Below are positions 9,559 to 18,995 of a stretch of 64,000 nt of DNA, one piece after another. The stretch is from an uncultured Bacilli bacterium. Lineage in GTDB: Bacteria; Bacillota_I; Bacilli_A; RF39; UBA660. Positions within the stretch are counted from its first letter, which is position 1. The number at the start of each line of letters is the position of its first letter. The notes below the pieces were generated by a model. That model saw nothing but the letters and a program-made list of their open reading frames with translations. It was not told the origin of the DNA and did no database searches. The DNA is taken from NCBI GenBank assembly GCA_934102055.1, contig CAKOSE010000001.1, positions 53,740-117,739 of the forward strand. Reading direction: 5' to 3'. A program made the translations under genes and the position numbers.

Positions 9559-9987
9559 ATGGAAAGTAGAATAAATTATCATTTTGAATATGTAAATGAA
9601 AATGAGTTTAGGAAGAAAGAAAGATCAGTTAGAAAATATAATATGCTTGCTTATAAAAAGCTTACTTTTGAGTATTATCCAAGTATAAGAGAAGGGAAGT
9701 TCTTAGGAAAGTTAGTTTCTACTGATAAGAAGGAAAATACTATGACTTATGAACTTAAACTTCCTACTGATCATTTGTTTGCGAAAGTTCATGGAGATGT
9801 TACATTACATTACACAGTTTATATGGAGTCTAAAATTATACTTCTTACTAATATTACACCCGATTCTATTTTAGAAGAAGGACATAGAAGTGAACTTAGT
9901 ACATATAAAGGTGTTATGATATCTAAAACAAATAAAGAAAAAGATATGTTTAAAGTTAATTTACTTAATGCTTTAAATAAGAAATAA
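9559..9987 (+). CDS. Hypothetical protein, candidate SOS-regulated
   Basis: Good RBS (aagggggct). Downstream of the consensus promoter with the LexA-like box. Confidence 0.4.
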   Translation: MESRINYHFEYVNENEFRKKERSVRKYNMLAYKKLTFEYYPSIREGKFLGKLVSTDKKENTMTYELKLPTDHLFAKVHGDVTLHYTVYMESKIILLTNITPDSILEEGHRSELSTYKGVMISKTNKEKDMFKVNLLNALNKK

Positions 9988-10019
9988 AAAACTTCAGAAA
10001 TCAAATCTGAAGTTTTTAT
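9986..10019. terminator. Bidirectional rho-independent terminator
   Basis: Stem acttcaga/tctgaagt flanked by an A-run and a T-run. Lies between convergent genes (9559 gene and lexA). Confidence 0.65.
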
Positions 10020-10633
10020 ATTTTACGATAAAGTCCAACGACCTTTCCTAATATGGTTGCATTTTTTAAAATAATTGGTTCTAAATAATCATTTTCTGGT
10101 TGTAATCTAATATGATCTTTTTCCTTATAGAACGTTTTAACAGTTACTTCGTTATTATCATTCATTGCTACAACTATTTCTCCATTGCTAGCATTTTTAG
10201 CTCTTTCCACTAGTATTATATCATTGTCATGAATACCAACATTGATCATGCTATCTCCCGAAACTTTAAGGGAAAATGTTTCTTTTCTAGGGTTAAGTAA
10301 ACTAGTAGGAACATCAAAAAAATCATCTGGTCTTTCAATAGCTTCGATTGGACTACCTGCAGTAACTTTTCCTAGTAGAGGAATAGAAACAACAGTATCG
10401 GTTTTTCTATCGTATTCATTAGGAACTAAAAGTTCAATAGCTCTGTTTTTTTCTTTAGTTTTTTTTATGTATCCTTTTTCTTCTAAATGATCTAAGTGAA
10501 CATGAATAGTGGCAGTACTAGTTAAATTAGTTGTGGCACATAATTCCCTTACAGTAGGGGGAAAACCATTTTTTGCAATGTATTTTTTGATTTCTCTTAG
10601 GACTTTAGCTTGTCTAGTAGTTAATTTTTCCAT
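10016..10633 (-). CDS. lexA: LexA repressor
   Basis: N-terminal wHTH (TVRELCATTNLTSTATIHVHL). Ser/Lys peptidase C-terminal domain (GDSM...VVAMNDNNEVTVK). The ATG at 10633 has a GGAGG RBS; the annotated longer start at 10648 overlaps that RBS. Confidence 0.9.
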   Translation of the reverse strand: MEKLTTRQAKVLREIKKYIAKNGFPPTVRELCATTNLTSTATIHVHLDHLEEKGYIKKTKEKNRAIELLVPNEYDRKTDTVVSIPLLGKVTAGSPIEAIERPDDFFDVPTSLLNPRKETFSLKVSGDSMINVGIHDNDIILVERAKNASNGEIVVAMNDNNEVTVKTFYKEKDHIRLQPENDYLEPIILKNATILGKVVGLYRKI

Positions 10634-10676
10634 AGATATTACCTCCATATACAGAGTATCATATAACTTGATATTT

Positions 10677-10694
10677 TGTCAAACAAATGTTTTA
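10677..10694 (-). promoter_or_regulatory. Putative LexA operator overlapping the lexA -35 (autoregulation)
   Basis: Read 5'->3' on the minus strand: AAAACATTTGTTTGACA, i.e. AAAC-N4-GTTT fused to TTGACA. Same architecture as at 9469-9484. Confidence 0.4.
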
Positions 10695-10704
10695 GTTTTT
10701 ATAT

Positions 10705-10875
10705 TTTTACTTTACAAAAGTATATATTTGTATTAGAATATAATTGTATTTATTTGATGCGAAGATAAGGCTTGGAAACCTTTAGCATTGTTTTAAAAGA
10801 GATTCTAAATGAATAATTAGAGTGGAACCGCGGTTTTTAAATCGTCTCTAAGTATTTTTTAGAATTTTTATTTTA
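10705..10875 (+). promoter_or_regulatory. T-box leader (tRNA-Gly-sensing riboswitch) upstream of glyQS
   Basis: Conserved T-box sequence aattagagtggaaccgcgg at 10814-10832, followed by a T-run. Promoter-like tttaca-17-tagaat at 10709-10737. Candidate GGC specifier in 'aaggcttgg'. Confidence 0.65.
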
Positions 10876-10882
10876 TAAAGGA

Positions 10883-12250
10883 GTGATAAATATGAATATG
10901 GAAACTGTAGTAAATTTTTGCAAGACTTATGGATTTATTTTTCCTGGGAGTGAAATTTATGGTGGTCTTGCTAATACTTGGGATTATGGCCCACTTGGTT
11001 CAAGGCTTAAGAATAATGTAAAAGATGCATGGAGAAAAAGATTTATTCAAGAACGTTTTAATGCATATGAAGTGGATGCTGATATTTTAATGCATCCAAG
11101 AGTGTGGGAAGCGTCTGGGCATGTTGATAGTTTTTCTGATCCTTTAATAGATTGCAAAGAATGTAAAATGAGAGTAAGAGCAGATAACTTAGTAAATGAT
11201 TTTCTAGGAAATTCTAAGGGTGATGCGATGAATCATGAGGAACTTATTTCTTTTATAAAAGAAAATAAGGTTTCATGTCCTAAATGTGGTAAATGTAATT
11301 TTACAGATGTTCGTGAATTTAACCTTATGTTTGAGACAAAAAGGGGAGTTACGAATGATAAAAAAAGTACTATTTATTTAAGACCTGAAAATGCTCAAGG
11401 GGAATATGTTAATTTTTTAAATGTTCAAAGAACAATGAGATGTAAATTACCATTTTCAATAGGACAAATTGGAAAAGCTTTTAGAAATGAAATAACTCCT
11501 GGGAACTTTACTTTTAGAACTATTGAATTTGAACAAATGGAGTATCAAACTTTTTGTAAAGAGGGAAATGATTCAGAAATTTATAATTATTTTAAAAAAT
11601 ATGCTCTTGATTTTTATAAAGATTTGGGTATTAAAGAAGAAAACTTAAGATATCATGATCATGAAAAACTGGCTCATTATGCAAAAGAAGCGTGTGATAT
11701 TGAATATAAATTTCCATTTGGTTGGGGTGAGATCAACGGAACACATAATAGAACGAATTTTGATTTAAAAAGACATATGGAATATAGTGGTGTTTCTCAA
11801 GAGTATCTTGATCCTGAAACAAATGAAAAGTACATACCTTATGTGATAGAATCAACATGTGGTCTTGATAGAACGGTATTAGCACTTATATTTGATGACT
11901 TATGTGAGGAACAATTAGAAAATGATACAAGACTGGTATTAAAGCTTCATCCTTTTTTAGCACCTTATAAGGTATCGGTACTACCTCTTGTGAAAAAATA
12001 TCATAGTGAAAAAGCAAAGGAAATCTATGCAAAATTAAATAAATATTTTATGACAAGTTATGATGAGGCTGGATCGATAGGTAAAAGATATAGGAGAAAT
12101 GATGCAGCAGGAACAGTATTTTCTTTAACAGTAGATGATAATACATTAGAAAATAATACTGTTACATTAAGAGATAGGGATACTATGAAACAAGTAACAT
12201 TAAGTTTAGAGGAAGTAGTGCCATATATAGAAGAAAGAATAAAGTTTTAA
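10883..12250 (+). CDS. glyQS: Glycine--tRNA ligase (dimeric GlyQS type)
   Basis: YGFIFPGSEIYGGLANTWDYGPLG N-terminus. Class II motifs. 455 aa. Confidence 0.9.
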   Translation: MINMNMETVVNFCKTYGFIFPGSEIYGGLANTWDYGPLGSRLKNNVKDAWRKRFIQERFNAYEVDADILMHPRVWEASGHVDSFSDPLIDCKECKMRVRADNLVNDFLGNSKGDAMNHEELISFIKENKVSCPKCGKCNFTDVREFNLMFETKRGVTNDKKSTIYLRPENAQGEYVNFLNVQRTMRCKLPFSIGQIGKAFRNEITPGNFTFRTIEFEQMEYQTFCKEGNDSEIYNYFKKYALDFYKDLGIKEENLRYHDHEKLAHYAKEACDIEYKFPFGWGEINGTHNRTNFDLKRHMEYSGVSQEYLDPETNEKYIPYVIESTCGLDRTVLALIFDDLCEEQLENDTRLVLKLHPFLAPYKVSVLPLVKKYHSEKAKEIYAKLNKYFMTSYDEAGSIGKRYRRNDAAGTVFSLTVDDNTLENNTVTLRDRDTMKQVTLSLEEVVPYIEERIKF

Positions 12251-12264
12251 TTCTTTCTTTTTTC
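12231..12264 (+). terminator. Rho-independent terminator of glyQS
   Basis: 10-bp stem aagaaagaat/attctttctt, then TTTTT. Overlaps the stop codon. Confidence 0.6.
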
Positions 12265-12310
12265 GACAAAATAACTGATTTAAGTTTTATATACTGATAA
12301 TGGTGATAAG

Positions 12311-12742
12311 ATGAAAGAGTTATTTGTTTTTAATGTAAAAGATGAATTTTGTAAATTATATAAAAATAAACAAAGTGAATTGTTCTTTATATTTAATAGA
12401 ATTTATAAAATGAAAAATAGTGATAAGGAATATGGTTATAATTTATTTTGTCAAATAAGTAATTTTTTAGATAAAGATAGAATAAGTAAAATTATTAAAA
12501 ATAAGTATAAGGATAAAATTATGTATTCATGTAATTTAAATGAACATATAATAAATAATCTTTTCTTAAATGAAATATCTATACTTACTGTAAAGAATTC
12601 TAATATAAGAATAGAAAGTAATATAGAAAATCCATCTTTTTTAGAGGATTTAAAAGATTTTAATTTAAATTTGTTTGTTTGTAATTTTAAAGATCAAGAG
12701 TTCTTTTTTATAAGTAAGACTAAACAGAAAATGAAGTCATAG
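12311..12742 (+). CDS. Hypothetical protein
   Basis: 143-aa ORF, Lys/Asn-rich, with no recognisable motifs. Confidence 0.3.
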   Translation: MKELFVFNVKDEFCKLYKNKQSELFFIFNRIYKMKNSDKEYGYNLFCQISNFLDKDRISKIIKNKYKDKIMYSCNLNEHIINNLFLNEISILTVKNSNIRIESNIENPSFLEDLKDFNLNLFVCNFKDQEFFFISKTKQKMKS

Positions 12743-12805
12743 GTATTTGACAAGTTATATCCTTTATTGTATGATAATAGCATTACTTTTTAAGGAGGGA
12801 GTTAT

Positions 12806-13474
12806 ATGATGAATAGTAAAAGAAAAAAGGTAATAGCTATTACTGCGGCGTCTGCTTTATTAGTGAGTGCTATTAATAGTGCTAATTGTTATGCTGATAT
12901 AACAAAGAATATAATAGAGAATCAATCAAAAGTTACAAGTGAAAGTTTGGAAGAGTATAAAAATCCAAAACCAAAGTATGTAGAGATATCATTAGGGGTA
13001 GGTAAAATAGCTGGTACTAAAGATGCACTTGATGGAAAATATCACTTTGTATATGATGTTTCTAAGGAAGATTTTAAACTGATAATAGATGAGGGAACAT
13101 ATGATGCTTCTTATGATTATTATTATGATAAAGTATCAAAACAGGATTTATCTGATGATGATAAGGGAAAACTTAGAAAAGACATAGGAGCAGAGGCTAT
13201 AATTTTAAGTAAAATGGCTCAATCGTATTGTGAGAATAATGGTCCTAAAAAGGATCAGAAATTGTTATATGAAGCTGGTTTTAAATGTGGCATGGAAGAT
13301 GAAAAGTCTTTAATAAATGGTATAAATAATGAAATTAATGGACTTCCTAAGGTTCAAAATGGTTTTACTTTAAGTGAAATTTATAAATATGATGATTATG
13401 CATATCTTGGTTATTGTAATGGTTCTGATTATATGGATAAGCTAATGGGTAAAGAAAAGACTAGAACGAAATAG
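12806..13474 (+). CDS. Hypothetical secreted/lipoprotein-like protein
   Basis: N-terminal signal peptide (KKVIAITAASALLVSAINSANC). Good RBS aaggaggg. Confidence 0.45.
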   Translation: MMNSKRKKVIAITAASALLVSAINSANCYADITKNIIENQSKVTSESLEEYKNPKPKYVEISLGVGKIAGTKDALDGKYHFVYDVSKEDFKLIIDEGTYDASYDYYYDKVSKQDLSDDDKGKLRKDIGAEAIILSKMAQSYCENNGPKKDQKLLYEAGFKCGMEDEKSLINGINNEINGLPKVQNGFTLSEIYKYDDYAYLGYCNGSDYMDKLMGKEKTRTK

Positions 13475-13546
13475 TTTTAGTCTTTTATCATATTTTTACT
13501 TGCAATATCATAAACTGTCTTATAAAATAGTTATGGGAGGTAATTT

Positions 13547-13759
13547 ATGGGACATGATATATTAATGGTTATTATTGGTCTTATAATAGGACTTATAATT
13601 GGATTTTTTCTTGCTAGATTCTTTATGCAAAAGTATTTAAAGAAAAATCCTCCGATCAATGAGGAAATGATTAAGGTGATGATGAGTGGAATGGGAAGAA
13701 CTCCGACTCAAAAACAAGTTAATCAGGTTATGAAACAAATGCAAAAGATTAATAAGTAA
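13547..13759 (+). CDS. yneF: UPF0154 (YneF-like) small membrane protein
   Basis: 70 aa: TM, then [29 protein letters not shown], matching B. subtilis YneF. Confidence 0.75.
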   Translation: MGHDILMVIIGLIIGLIIGFFLARFFMQKYLKKNPPINEEMIKVMMSGMGRTPTQKQVNQVMKQMQKINK

Positions 13760-13761
13760 AT

Positions 13762-13796
13762 AAAAATCAATAGTGGTTTACTATTGATTTTTATTT
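13762..13796. terminator. Bidirectional terminator
   Basis: 12-bp stem aaaatcaatagt/actattgatttt with loop ggttt. Lies between the convergent yneF and the YhhQ-like gene. Confidence 0.6.
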
Positions 13797-14509
13797 GTAT
13801 TTTCATTTTTTTGTTTTTCATTTTTTTGTTTTTTATTAGTTTTTTTATAATTAGTTTTTTTATTTTGAACTTCTTTATGACAATTGCAAGTATCACAATC
13901 GCAATGTTCATCTTTTGTTTTGAGTAATGTTGGAATAAGTGAATTGAAACAAAGTGCATATATAATTATTGCTATAACACTAAGGGCGTATTGTCCAGTT
14001 GCAAGGTTTATTACTTGTGCTAAAGATATATCTCCTAGATATGAAAGTGCTACAAATAAGAAACTATCTACTGTTATTGAGATTACACCTGCGATTAGGA
14101 AGTCGAATCCTTTTTTATTTCCTAAGAAGTCATATAGTTTTATATTGATATATTGTCCTACTATAAATGCTACTATTGATGAGAAAAGCATTCTAAAATC
14201 AATGTTAAATAGTTTTTCCAGACCGTCTGTACCACCTGCTACTTTAAAGGTTCCAGCAAGTCCGAATAGTATTCCCATAAATATTAAAGATATTACAGAG
14301 AAGTTAATTAGTTCAAAGACTCTATCTTTTCCATATCTTTCATAAAATAAAACAGAAATGAAATAAGTAAATGGATATATCATAGCACTTGCTGTTGCAA
14401 TCATTCCTCCGAACTCTATTGTTCTATTTGATAACACATAACAAGTAATATAACATGTTACAAACAAAAACATTACAAAAACATAATAAAAACTTTTTTC
14501 CCTTTTCAT
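13781..14509 (-). CDS. YhhQ/DUF165 (VUT family) queuosine-precursor transporter-like membrane protein with Cys/Lys-rich tail
   Basis: Multi-TM with YPFTYFISVLFYERYG-type motifs. C-terminal CDCDTCNCH plus a KKQKNEKQKNE tail is read through the terminator stem. Confidence 0.55.
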   Translation of the reverse strand: MKREKSFYYVFVMFLFVTCYITCYVLSNRTIEFGGMIATASAMIYPFTYFISVLFYERYGKDRVFELINFSVISLIFMGILFGLAGTFKVAGGTDGLEKLFNIDFRMLFSSIVAFIVGQYINIKLYDFLGNKKGFDFLIAGVISITVDSFLFVALSYLGDISLAQVINLATGQYALSVIAIIIYALCFNSLIPTLLKTKDEHCDCDTCNCHKEVQNKKTNYKKTNKKQKNEKQKNENTNKNQ

Positions 14510-14596
14510 ACTTTCCCTCCTAGTTTAAATTATAAAAGAAACTTTAAAATAAAACAAGCTATTTTTACAATTGTTTGATAACTTGTCACAGAAATA

Positions 14597-14624
14597 TTGA
14601 CATTTTGAGAAAAAATGATATAAT
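14597..14624 (+). promoter_or_regulatory. Sigma-A promoter TTGACA-16-TGaTATAAT
   Basis: ttgaca at 14597-14602; extended -10 tgatataat at 14616-14624. Confidence 0.55.
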
Positions 14625-14652
14625 ATATAACGCTTTTTCAAGGAGGAGAATT

Positions 14653-14991
14653 ATGAAAAGTGAAGGTAGTGCTTTAGAGATGGAGATTTCTAAGGAAGAG
14701 AAATTGAATAAATTAAATAAGAATCAAAAAAGTGTATTATACTTATATGGAGTAGTTGTAAATGAAGATATGCTTACATTAAGTTATCAAAATGATTTAG
14801 GTGAAAGAATAGATGCTTGCAATACTGTAGAAACTTTAAAATCTTTATCAAAAGAAGTTTTAGCTATAAGAGAGTATAAAAAATTAGAAGTTCAAGAACT
14901 TATGGGACCAGAGGTTGATTTAGAAAGTCAATATGGTATAACAGATTATGAGTTTTATGACTTCTTAGAAGCTATTAATCCAAGAAAGTAG
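14653..14991 (+). CDS. Hypothetical acidic protein
   Basis: ATG at 14653 with RBS aaggagga. The annotated longer start at 14575 lies upstream of the promoter. Confidence 0.4.
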   Translation: MKSEGSALEMEISKEEKLNKLNKNQKSVLYLYGVVVNEDMLTLSYQNDLGERIDACNTVETLKSLSKEVLAIREYKKLEVQELMGPEVDLESQYGITDYEFYDFLEAINPRK

Positions 14992-14994
14992 GTT

Positions 14995-15501
14995 TTGTTT
15001 ATGATAAATTTAGGAAAAATGACTAAAGAAAGTAAAAAAGAATTATATGAGAGCACTAGAAATCATGGGATTAGTATGGGTTATAATGAAGAAGAGATTC
15101 AGTCAATGCTTTTAAAATATTTTTCTGAAGAGGAAATTAGTGATCTTAAGGGTGAAAATAAGTATAAAGATTTAATTAATGATTATATTAGTCTTTTAGA
15201 TATGACTATTTTAGAAGAAAAGTATCAAGATAATCTTTTTATGTCTGATTTTAATGAAAAGATGACAAAATCAAGGTTTGATATAATAAGTGCAATGGCT
15301 GATCATATAATTGCTAATAAGTCTGATGGTCCACTTAGTAAACATATATCTGATAGTGACATGGAATTGCTAAGGAAATATGTTCAGTTTGATGAAAATA
15401 AAGATGAATATGAGGAGTTTTTATCTTTATGTGATAGGGTAGATGCTACTCAAAATAAAGGTAAAAGATTAAGGAAATTTGCAAGAGGAAAGAGGAGATA
15501 A
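14995..15501 (+). CDS. Hypothetical acidic protein
   Basis: 168-aa ORF 3 nt after the previous one. Basic C-terminal tail KGKRLRKFARGKRR. Confidence 0.4.
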   Translation: MFMINLGKMTKESKKELYESTRNHGISMGYNEEEIQSMLLKYFSEEEISDLKGENKYKDLINDYISLLDMTILEEKYQDNLFMSDFNEKMTKSRFDIISAMADHIIANKSDGPLSKHISDSDMELLRKYVQFDENKDEYEEFLSLCDRVDATQNKGKRLRKFARGKRR

Positions 15502-15549
15502 CTCTTTTTTTCTTTTTCTTTATATGGTAGAATAATGTTGGTGATATAA

Positions 15550-17352
15550 ATGGATAAGACACATATAAGAAATTTTAGCATAATAGCACATATTGATCAT
15601 GGAAAGAGTACAATTGCTGATAGGATTCTTGAACTTACTCATGCTATAGATAAGAGAGAGATGAAGGCTCAGGCACTTGATACTATGGAACTTGAAAGAG
15701 AACGGGGAATAACTATAAAGCTTAATGCTGTTTCATTAAAATATAATTATAAGGGAGAAGAGTATCTTTATAATTTGATAGATACCCCAGGACATGTTGA
15801 TTTTACTTATGAGGTTAGTAGATCACTGGCTGCATGTGAGGGAGCAATTCTTGTTGTAGATGCAACACAAGGAATAGAAGCTCAAACTCTTGCTAATTTA
15901 TATCTTGCTATGGATAATAATTTGGAAATAATTCCTATTATAAATAAGATAGATTTACCGAATGCTGAACCTGAAAGAGTAACTAAAGAGATTGTAGATA
16001 CTTTAGGGTTTAATGAAGAAGATATAATATTATGTTCTGCAAAGGAAGGGATTGGAATAGATAAGTTGCTTGATAGAATAGCAGAAAAAATTCCGTGTCC
16101 TAAGGATATATATGAAACTGATGAATTGAGTGCTTTGATTTTTGATAGTTATTTTGATCCGTATAAAGGAGTAGTGCTTTCTATAAGAGTGATGAATGGT
16201 ACTTTAAAAACTGGAGATAAGATAAAAATGATGAAAACAGGTGCAACGTATGAGGTAATATCACTTGGAGTACATACTCCGAAAGAAGTACTTAGAAAAG
16301 AATTGAATTCTGGAGAAGTAGGATTTCTTACTGCTTCTATAAAGAGTATTAGTGATGTAAGAGTAGGAGACACCATAACACATCTTGAAAAACCGTGTAA
16401 AGAAGCTCTTTCTGGTTATAAAGAAATAAAACCTTTTGTTTATTGTGGTCTTTATCCAATAGATTCAAAAAAGTATGAAGATCTAAAGGATGCACTAGAG
16501 AAGTTAAAACTTAATGATGCTTCTTTAGAATATTCTCCTGAGGTTTCAAAAGCATTAGGATTTGGTTTTAGATGTGGTTTTTTAGGACTTTTACATATGG
16601 ATATAACTAGAGAAAGGCTAGAAAGAGAGTTTAAAATAGATATGATTGCAACTTCTCCTTCGGTAATATATGAAGTTACTAAAACAAATGGAGAAAAATT
16701 GTTGGTAGATAGTCCGTCTAAGATGCCAGAAAAGGTAAATATAAAGGAAATAACAGAACCTTATATAAAAGCATCAATATTTTCTCCTGAGAAGTACATT
16801 GGGCCAATAATGGAGCTTTGTCAAAGTAAAAGAGGGACTTATTTAGGACTAGAATATATAGATAAAACTAGGGTAAATATAATATATGAATTACCTCTTT
16901 CAGAAATAGTGTATGATTTTTTCAATAAACTAAAAAGTGCCACTAAAGGATATGCTTCATTTGATTATGAAGTGATTGGGGATAAACCTAGTGATTTAGT
17001 AAAAATGGATATACTTTTAAATGGAGAAATAGTAGATGCACTTTCAATAATAGTGCACAAGGATTTTGCTTATCAAAGAGGGAAAACTATTACAGAAAAC
17101 TTAAAGAAGATAATACCTAGACAAATGTTTGAAGTTCCTGTTCAAGCGGCAATAGGAAATAAGGTTATAGCAAGAGAAACAGTTAAAGCAATGAGAAAAG
17201 ACGTGCTGGCAAAATGTTATGGTGGAGATGTATCGAGAAAAAGAAAACTTCTAGAAAAACAAAAAGAAGGAAAGAAGAAGATGAAAATGATAGGTTCGGT
17301 GGAACTACCAAGTGAAGCGTTCTTATCGATACTTAAAGTAGATGAGGATTAA
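15550..17352 (+). CDS. lepA: Elongation factor 4 (LepA)
   Basis: G-domain [21 protein letters not shown]. 600 aa. Confidence 0.95.
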   Translation: MDKTHIRNFSIIAHIDHGKSTIADRILELTHAIDKREMKAQALDTMELERERGITIKLNAVSLKYNYKGEEYLYNLIDTPGHVDFTYEVSRSLAACEGAILVVDATQGIEAQTLANLYLAMDNNLEIIPIINKIDLPNAEPERVTKEIVDTLGFNEEDIILCSAKEGIGIDKLLDRIAEKIPCPKDIYETDELSALIFDSYFDPYKGVVLSIRVMNGTLKTGDKIKMMKTGATYEVISLGVHTPKEVLRKELNSGEVGFLTASIKSISDVRVGDTITHLEKPCKEALSGYKEIKPFVYCGLYPIDSKKYEDLKDALEKLKLNDASLEYSPEVSKALGFGFRCGFLGLLHMDITRERLEREFKIDMIATSPSVIYEVTKTNGEKLLVDSPSKMPEKVNIKEITEPYIKASIFSPEKYIGPIMELCQSKRGTYLGLEYIDKTRVNIIYELPLSEIVYDFFNKLKSATKGYASFDYEVIGDKPSDLVKMDILLNGEIVDALSIIVHKDFAYQRGKTITENLKKIIPRQMFEVPVQAAIGNKVIARETVKAMRKDVLAKCYGGDVSRKRKLLEKQKEGKKKMKMIGSVELPSEAFLSILKVDED

Positions 17353-18424
17353 TAATATAAATTCTTGTTATATCCATATACCGTTTTGTAGTAGTATTTG
17401 TACTTATTGTGATTTTTGTAAGATGTATTATAATGAAGAAATGGTTAATAAATATTTAGGGGCTTTATCGAAAGAAATAAATTTGTGTTATAAGGGTGAT
17501 GTTTTAAACACTTTATATATAGGGGGAGGGACTCCATCGTGTTTAAAAGATTATCAACTTGAGAAGTTGTTTAATATAGTGAAGAAACTGAATTTATCTA
17601 AGACAATAGAATTTACTTTTGAGTGTAATATAGAAAATATAGAAGAAGATTTTCTTAAGATGCTTAAACAAAATAAAGTAAATAGAATATCTATAGGGAT
17701 AGAGTCATTTGATAATAAAATATTAAAAACATTAGGAAGAAATTATAAAAGCGATATCATAAAGAAGAAAATATGTTTAGTGAAGAAGTATTTTGATAAT
17801 ATAAATATTGATTTGATATATGGCATCAATGGCACAACTTTAAAGGATATAAAAAAAGAACTTGATGAGTTTATGTCTTTAGAAGTTAATCATATCTCTA
17901 TATATAGTTTAATACTAGAAGATAATACAATTTTAAAGATAAATAATTATAAAGAAATAGATGATGGTTTAAATAGAGAAATGTATGATTATATAGTAGC
18001 GTTTTTAGAGAAGAATAATTATATAAATTATGAGATAAGTAATTTTTCTAAAAAGGGATATGAATCAAGACATAATTTAGCTTACTGGAATAATGATAAG
18101 TATTATGGATTTGGACTGGGAGCATCTGGATATGTTAGTGATATTAGATATACAAATACAAGGAGTATTACTAGGTATATAAAAGAAGATTTTATAGGAA
18201 TGCAAGAGAAGCAAACAATAAGAATAGATATGGAAAACTTTATGATATTAGGACTTAGAAAAATAAAAGGGGTCTCTAAAAGTGAGTTTAAACGAAGATA
18301 TAACAAGGAAATAAAAGAAGTATTCGATGTAGGTAAACTTGAAGAAAAAGGGGATTATTATTATATAAGAAAGGATAATATTTATATTTCTAACTATATT
18401 TTAGAAGATTTTATAAATGTTTAA
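17342..18424 (+). CDS. hemW: Radical SAM heme chaperone HemW / HemN-like coproporphyrinogen oxidase
   Basis: [11 protein letters not shown] radical SAM cluster. Conserved lepA-hemW order. Confidence 0.8.
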   Translation: MRINNINSCYIHIPFCSSICTYCDFCKMYYNEEMVNKYLGALSKEINLCYKGDVLNTLYIGGGTPSCLKDYQLEKLFNIVKKLNLSKTIEFTFECNIENIEEDFLKMLKQNKVNRISIGIESFDNKILKTLGRNYKSDIIKKKICLVKKYFDNINIDLIYGINGTTLKDIKKELDEFMSLEVNHISIYSLILEDNTILKINNYKEIDDGLNREMYDYIVAFLEKNNYINYEISNFSKKGYESRHNLAYWNNDKYYGFGLGASGYVSDIRYTNTRSITRYIKEDFIGMQEKQTIRIDMENFMILGLRKIKGVSKSEFKRRYNKEIKEVFDVGKLEEKGDYYYIRKDNIYISNYILEDFINV

Positions 18425-18427
18425 TAT

Positions 18428-18841
18428 TTGCTTATGAATGAATTAAATAAAGTATATTTAAAAAGAGAGTGTAATAATCCAAATGCTATATATTATCTTA
18501 TAAAAGAAACAAAGAATAGAAAATATGTTATTTTAAGAGAAATAGATACAATACTAGATGATATGGATATAATATGTATTAAAAAAGAAGAATTACAAGA
18601 AGAATATTATCAAATATTAGAGCTTTTAAAAGAAGAAAATCTTCTTGGGGTAGTAGGATACTATAAAGATATGAATGAACTTGAAAAATACATATATAAA
18701 TCATATATGATTATGTTTAGGGATGAGAAATATGAACTTATATATGATCCTATATTAGATAGACATTTTATAAACAGAAGTCTATTTGAAAAAGAGAGTT
18801 TTGTATGTGAAGAAAATATACTTAAAAAATTAAGAAAATAA
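18428..18841 (+). CDS. Hypothetical protein
   Basis: 137-aa ORF immediately after hemW. Confidence 0.3.
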   Translation: MLMNELNKVYLKRECNNPNAIYYLIKETKNRKYVILREIDTILDDMDIICIKKEELQEEYYQILELLKEENLLGVVGYYKDMNELEKYIYKSYMIMFRDEKYELIYDPILDRHFINRSLFEKESFVCEENILKKLRK

Positions 18842-18995
18842 TAAATAATGTTTTTATGAGTTAGTGATTTGACACTAGCTTTTATTTTTTGATAAATTAA
18901 GTCCTTGAAAAAACAAAAAATATATATTATACTTAGTACAAGATAGCAAGGTATTTTGCTGTAAAAAAATACTAAAAAAGGAGTAAGTAAAAGAT

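Noticed and set aside
13884-14345. 153-aa plus-strand ORF
   Set aside because: It is antisense to the YhhQ-like membrane protein gene. Its composition is typical of a shadow ORF.
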